Source of the DNA: Escherichia phage ECML-1
Sequence record: OL631478.1
Direction: 5' to 3' (one strand)
Length of the DNA stretch: 64,000 nt
Positions 62,648-64,000 of the stretch are shown here, piece by piece (the stretch's first letter is position 1; every line of letters begins with the position of its first letter). The position numbers and the translations under genes are program-made. The notes beneath the pieces are model-generated. The model searched no databases. It saw only the letters and a program-made list of their open reading frames with translations, and was not told the origin of the DNA.

Positions 62648-63382
62648 ATGAAAGAGATGACAGAACAAGGTAAGGAGATTTTTAATCTCTTAAAAACCGG
62701 TAAAGGGTTCTCTAACCCACTGATTACCGGTGCAGCAGTTCTCGGTGGAACCGTAGCTGCTTCTACATCACTTGTAAGCTCTATTAGTTCTGTAACAGAC
62801 CCTACAATGAAGGAGAAACTTGTTGCTGCTGGACTTACAACAGTCCTTCTAAACAGCTTTACAACAAGCCTTACAAGCACTACAGCAACTACTAAAACTC
62901 TGACAGACTACGGTCAAAAGTCTATTGATGAGTTTTCATCACGTATGCAGGTAGCAAAGGGGTATTCCAATGTTATGGGTGCAGCAGGAGAACAAGTTGG
63001 TTGTACACCATTCAGTGGTATCATGGGTGTTGCTACAGAGTATGGTCAAAAAGCTATTGACATGATGAACAGTACACTAGATAGTGTTAATGGTGTGTTA
63101 AGTGACTTACAAGATGCTATTGATAAGGGTCTTGATACTGTTTCTGATTTAGCTAACCAAGCTGTCAGTAAGATTAATGAAGGTATCTCAAAGATTACAG
63201 CTTATGCAGATGAAGTTGTGCAGATGATTGAAGAAGAAGCTGCCCTTATTGCAGAGTACCTTAAAACGAATATCAATGGGTTCTTAGCAGGTATCTTACC
63301 AGACTGGTTTGATGATGCTTGTAAAACTGGTGTGATTGACACTATTGCAACACCAGAAATGAAGAACGCATTACAGAAATAA
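62648..63382 (+). CDS. hypothetical protein (Ser/Thr/Ala-rich)
   Basis: Start moved to the internal Met (MKEMTEQ) because the ORF-track start lies inside tRNA-Phe; 244 aa. Confidence 0.45.
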   Translation: MKEMTEQGKEIFNLLKTGKGFSNPLITGAAVLGGTVAASTSLVSSISSVTDPTMKEKLVAAGLTTVLLNSFTTSLTSTTATTKTLTDYGQKSIDEFSSRMQVAKGYSNVMGAAGEQVGCTPFSGIMGVATEYGQKAIDMMNSTLDSVNGVLSDLQDAIDKGLDTVSDLANQAVSKINEGISKITAYADEVVQMIEEEAALIAEYLKTNINGFLAGILPDWFDDACKTGVIDTIATPEMKNALQK

Positions 63383-63384
63383 TG

Positions 63385-63476
63385 GAAGATTAACCCTAAA
63401 AGGTAAGGGAGCAGTTTGCTAAACTGCCAGTAGCTGAGAAATCGGTGTACCAGTTCAAGTCTGGTATCTTCCTCCA
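63385..63476 (+). tRNA. tRNA-Ser(GCT)
   Basis: Type II, acceptor ggaagat/atcttcc, anticodon arm gcagt-ttgctaa-actgc, long variable arm, CCA encoded. Confidence 0.6.
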
Positions 63477-63480
63477 ATTT

Positions 63481-63556
63481 GAATCCGTGACAGAAATGGC
63501 TATGTGCCTGTCTGCAAAACAGGTTTATAAGGGTTCGAGTCCCTTCGGATTCTCCA
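63481..63556 (+). tRNA. tRNA-Cys(GCA)
   Basis: Acceptor gaatccg/cggattc, anticodon arm cctgt-ctgcaaa-acagg, T-arm aaggg-ttcgagt-ccctt, CCA encoded. Confidence 0.65.
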
Positions 63557-63592
63557 AGTTATTTTACTCTCTCTCAATTAAAATAATAATAA

Positions 63593-63652
63593 TGCCCTGC
63601 TATAAGTATTCTTCCTTTCGCTACCGAAGAGTATTTTTAGACAGGGCTTTTT
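63593..63652 (+). terminator. intrinsic terminator (compound hairpin)
   Basis: gccctg...cagggc outer stem followed by tttttt. Confidence 0.45.
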
Positions 63653-63718
63653 TACAGAGTTATACTTTATAAGAAGACTTATACAGTATGTCTCTGACGT
63701 ACATTGTGGTTTCTCCTT

Positions 63719-63742
63719 GACGGTCTCTGTGCCGTCTTTTTT
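63719..63742 (+). terminator. intrinsic terminator
   Basis: gacgg-tctctgt-gccgtc followed by tttttt. Confidence 0.6.
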
Positions 63743-63778
63743 AAGGAGAAACAAAATTAATTATTTGGAGAAAACATA

Positions 63779-63979
63779 ATGAGCGAGACCGTTTATAAAG
63801 AACTTTATGAAGCTAATAAAAAGCTAGAATTTATGCAGAATACTATCATGGCAATTGCAGACAGATTGTCTGTAGCAACAGGTATTGATATTAAAGAAGC
63901 ATCTATGGATGCACTTCTTGATGCTGTTGATGCAAAGTTCGAAGTTAAGAAAGAAGAGACTGCTACAGACTCTGAATAA
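63779..63979 (+). CDS. hypothetical small acidic protein
   Basis: 66 aa ORF with AGGAGAAA Shine-Dalgarno region upstream. Confidence 0.45.
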   Translation: MSETVYKELYEANKKLEFMQNTIMAIADRLSVATGIDIKEASMDALLDAVDAKFEVKKEETATDSE

Positions 63980-64000
63980 TTCTATTTGCGGAGGTGCTTA

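Overview
This window reads as a segment of a large, AT-rich virulent dsDNA phage genome with sigma70-like promoters and many intrinsic terminators; the phage identity is not established. Coding content: (1) a leftward block (1-9125) with a partial dihydrofolate reductase, an ATP-dependent DNA ligase and a T7-type family A DNA polymerase; (2) a rightward replication and nucleotide-metabolism block (9353-39444) with dNMP kinase, a fused primase-helicase, an acidic-tailed SSB-like protein, a 5'-3' exonuclease, nrdA/nrdB/nrdH-like/nrdD/nrdG, a PRPP-synthetase-like plus NAMPT-like pair, rIIA-like and macro-domain proteins, and several HNH/GIY-YIG homing endonucleases; (3) a hyperplastic array of 15 small unknown genes (39933-46257), 13 of them preceded by one of two conserved regulatory cassettes; (4) a 1.6 kb ORF-free, iteron-rich region (46320-47860); (5) a leftward block (47904-55547) with an endolysin and an Ig-like repeat protein; (6) a Ro60-like vWA protein followed by an array of about 27 tRNA genes interspersed with HNH endonucleases and covarying structured-RNA elements. 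The most interesting candidates are a Ro60-like protein next to Y-RNA-like tRNA mimics, a NARP1-like NAD+ reconstitution pair, and the cassette-driven small-gene array. All coordinates and folds were derived by eye and need tool confirmation; tRNA boundaries are good to a few nucleotides at best.
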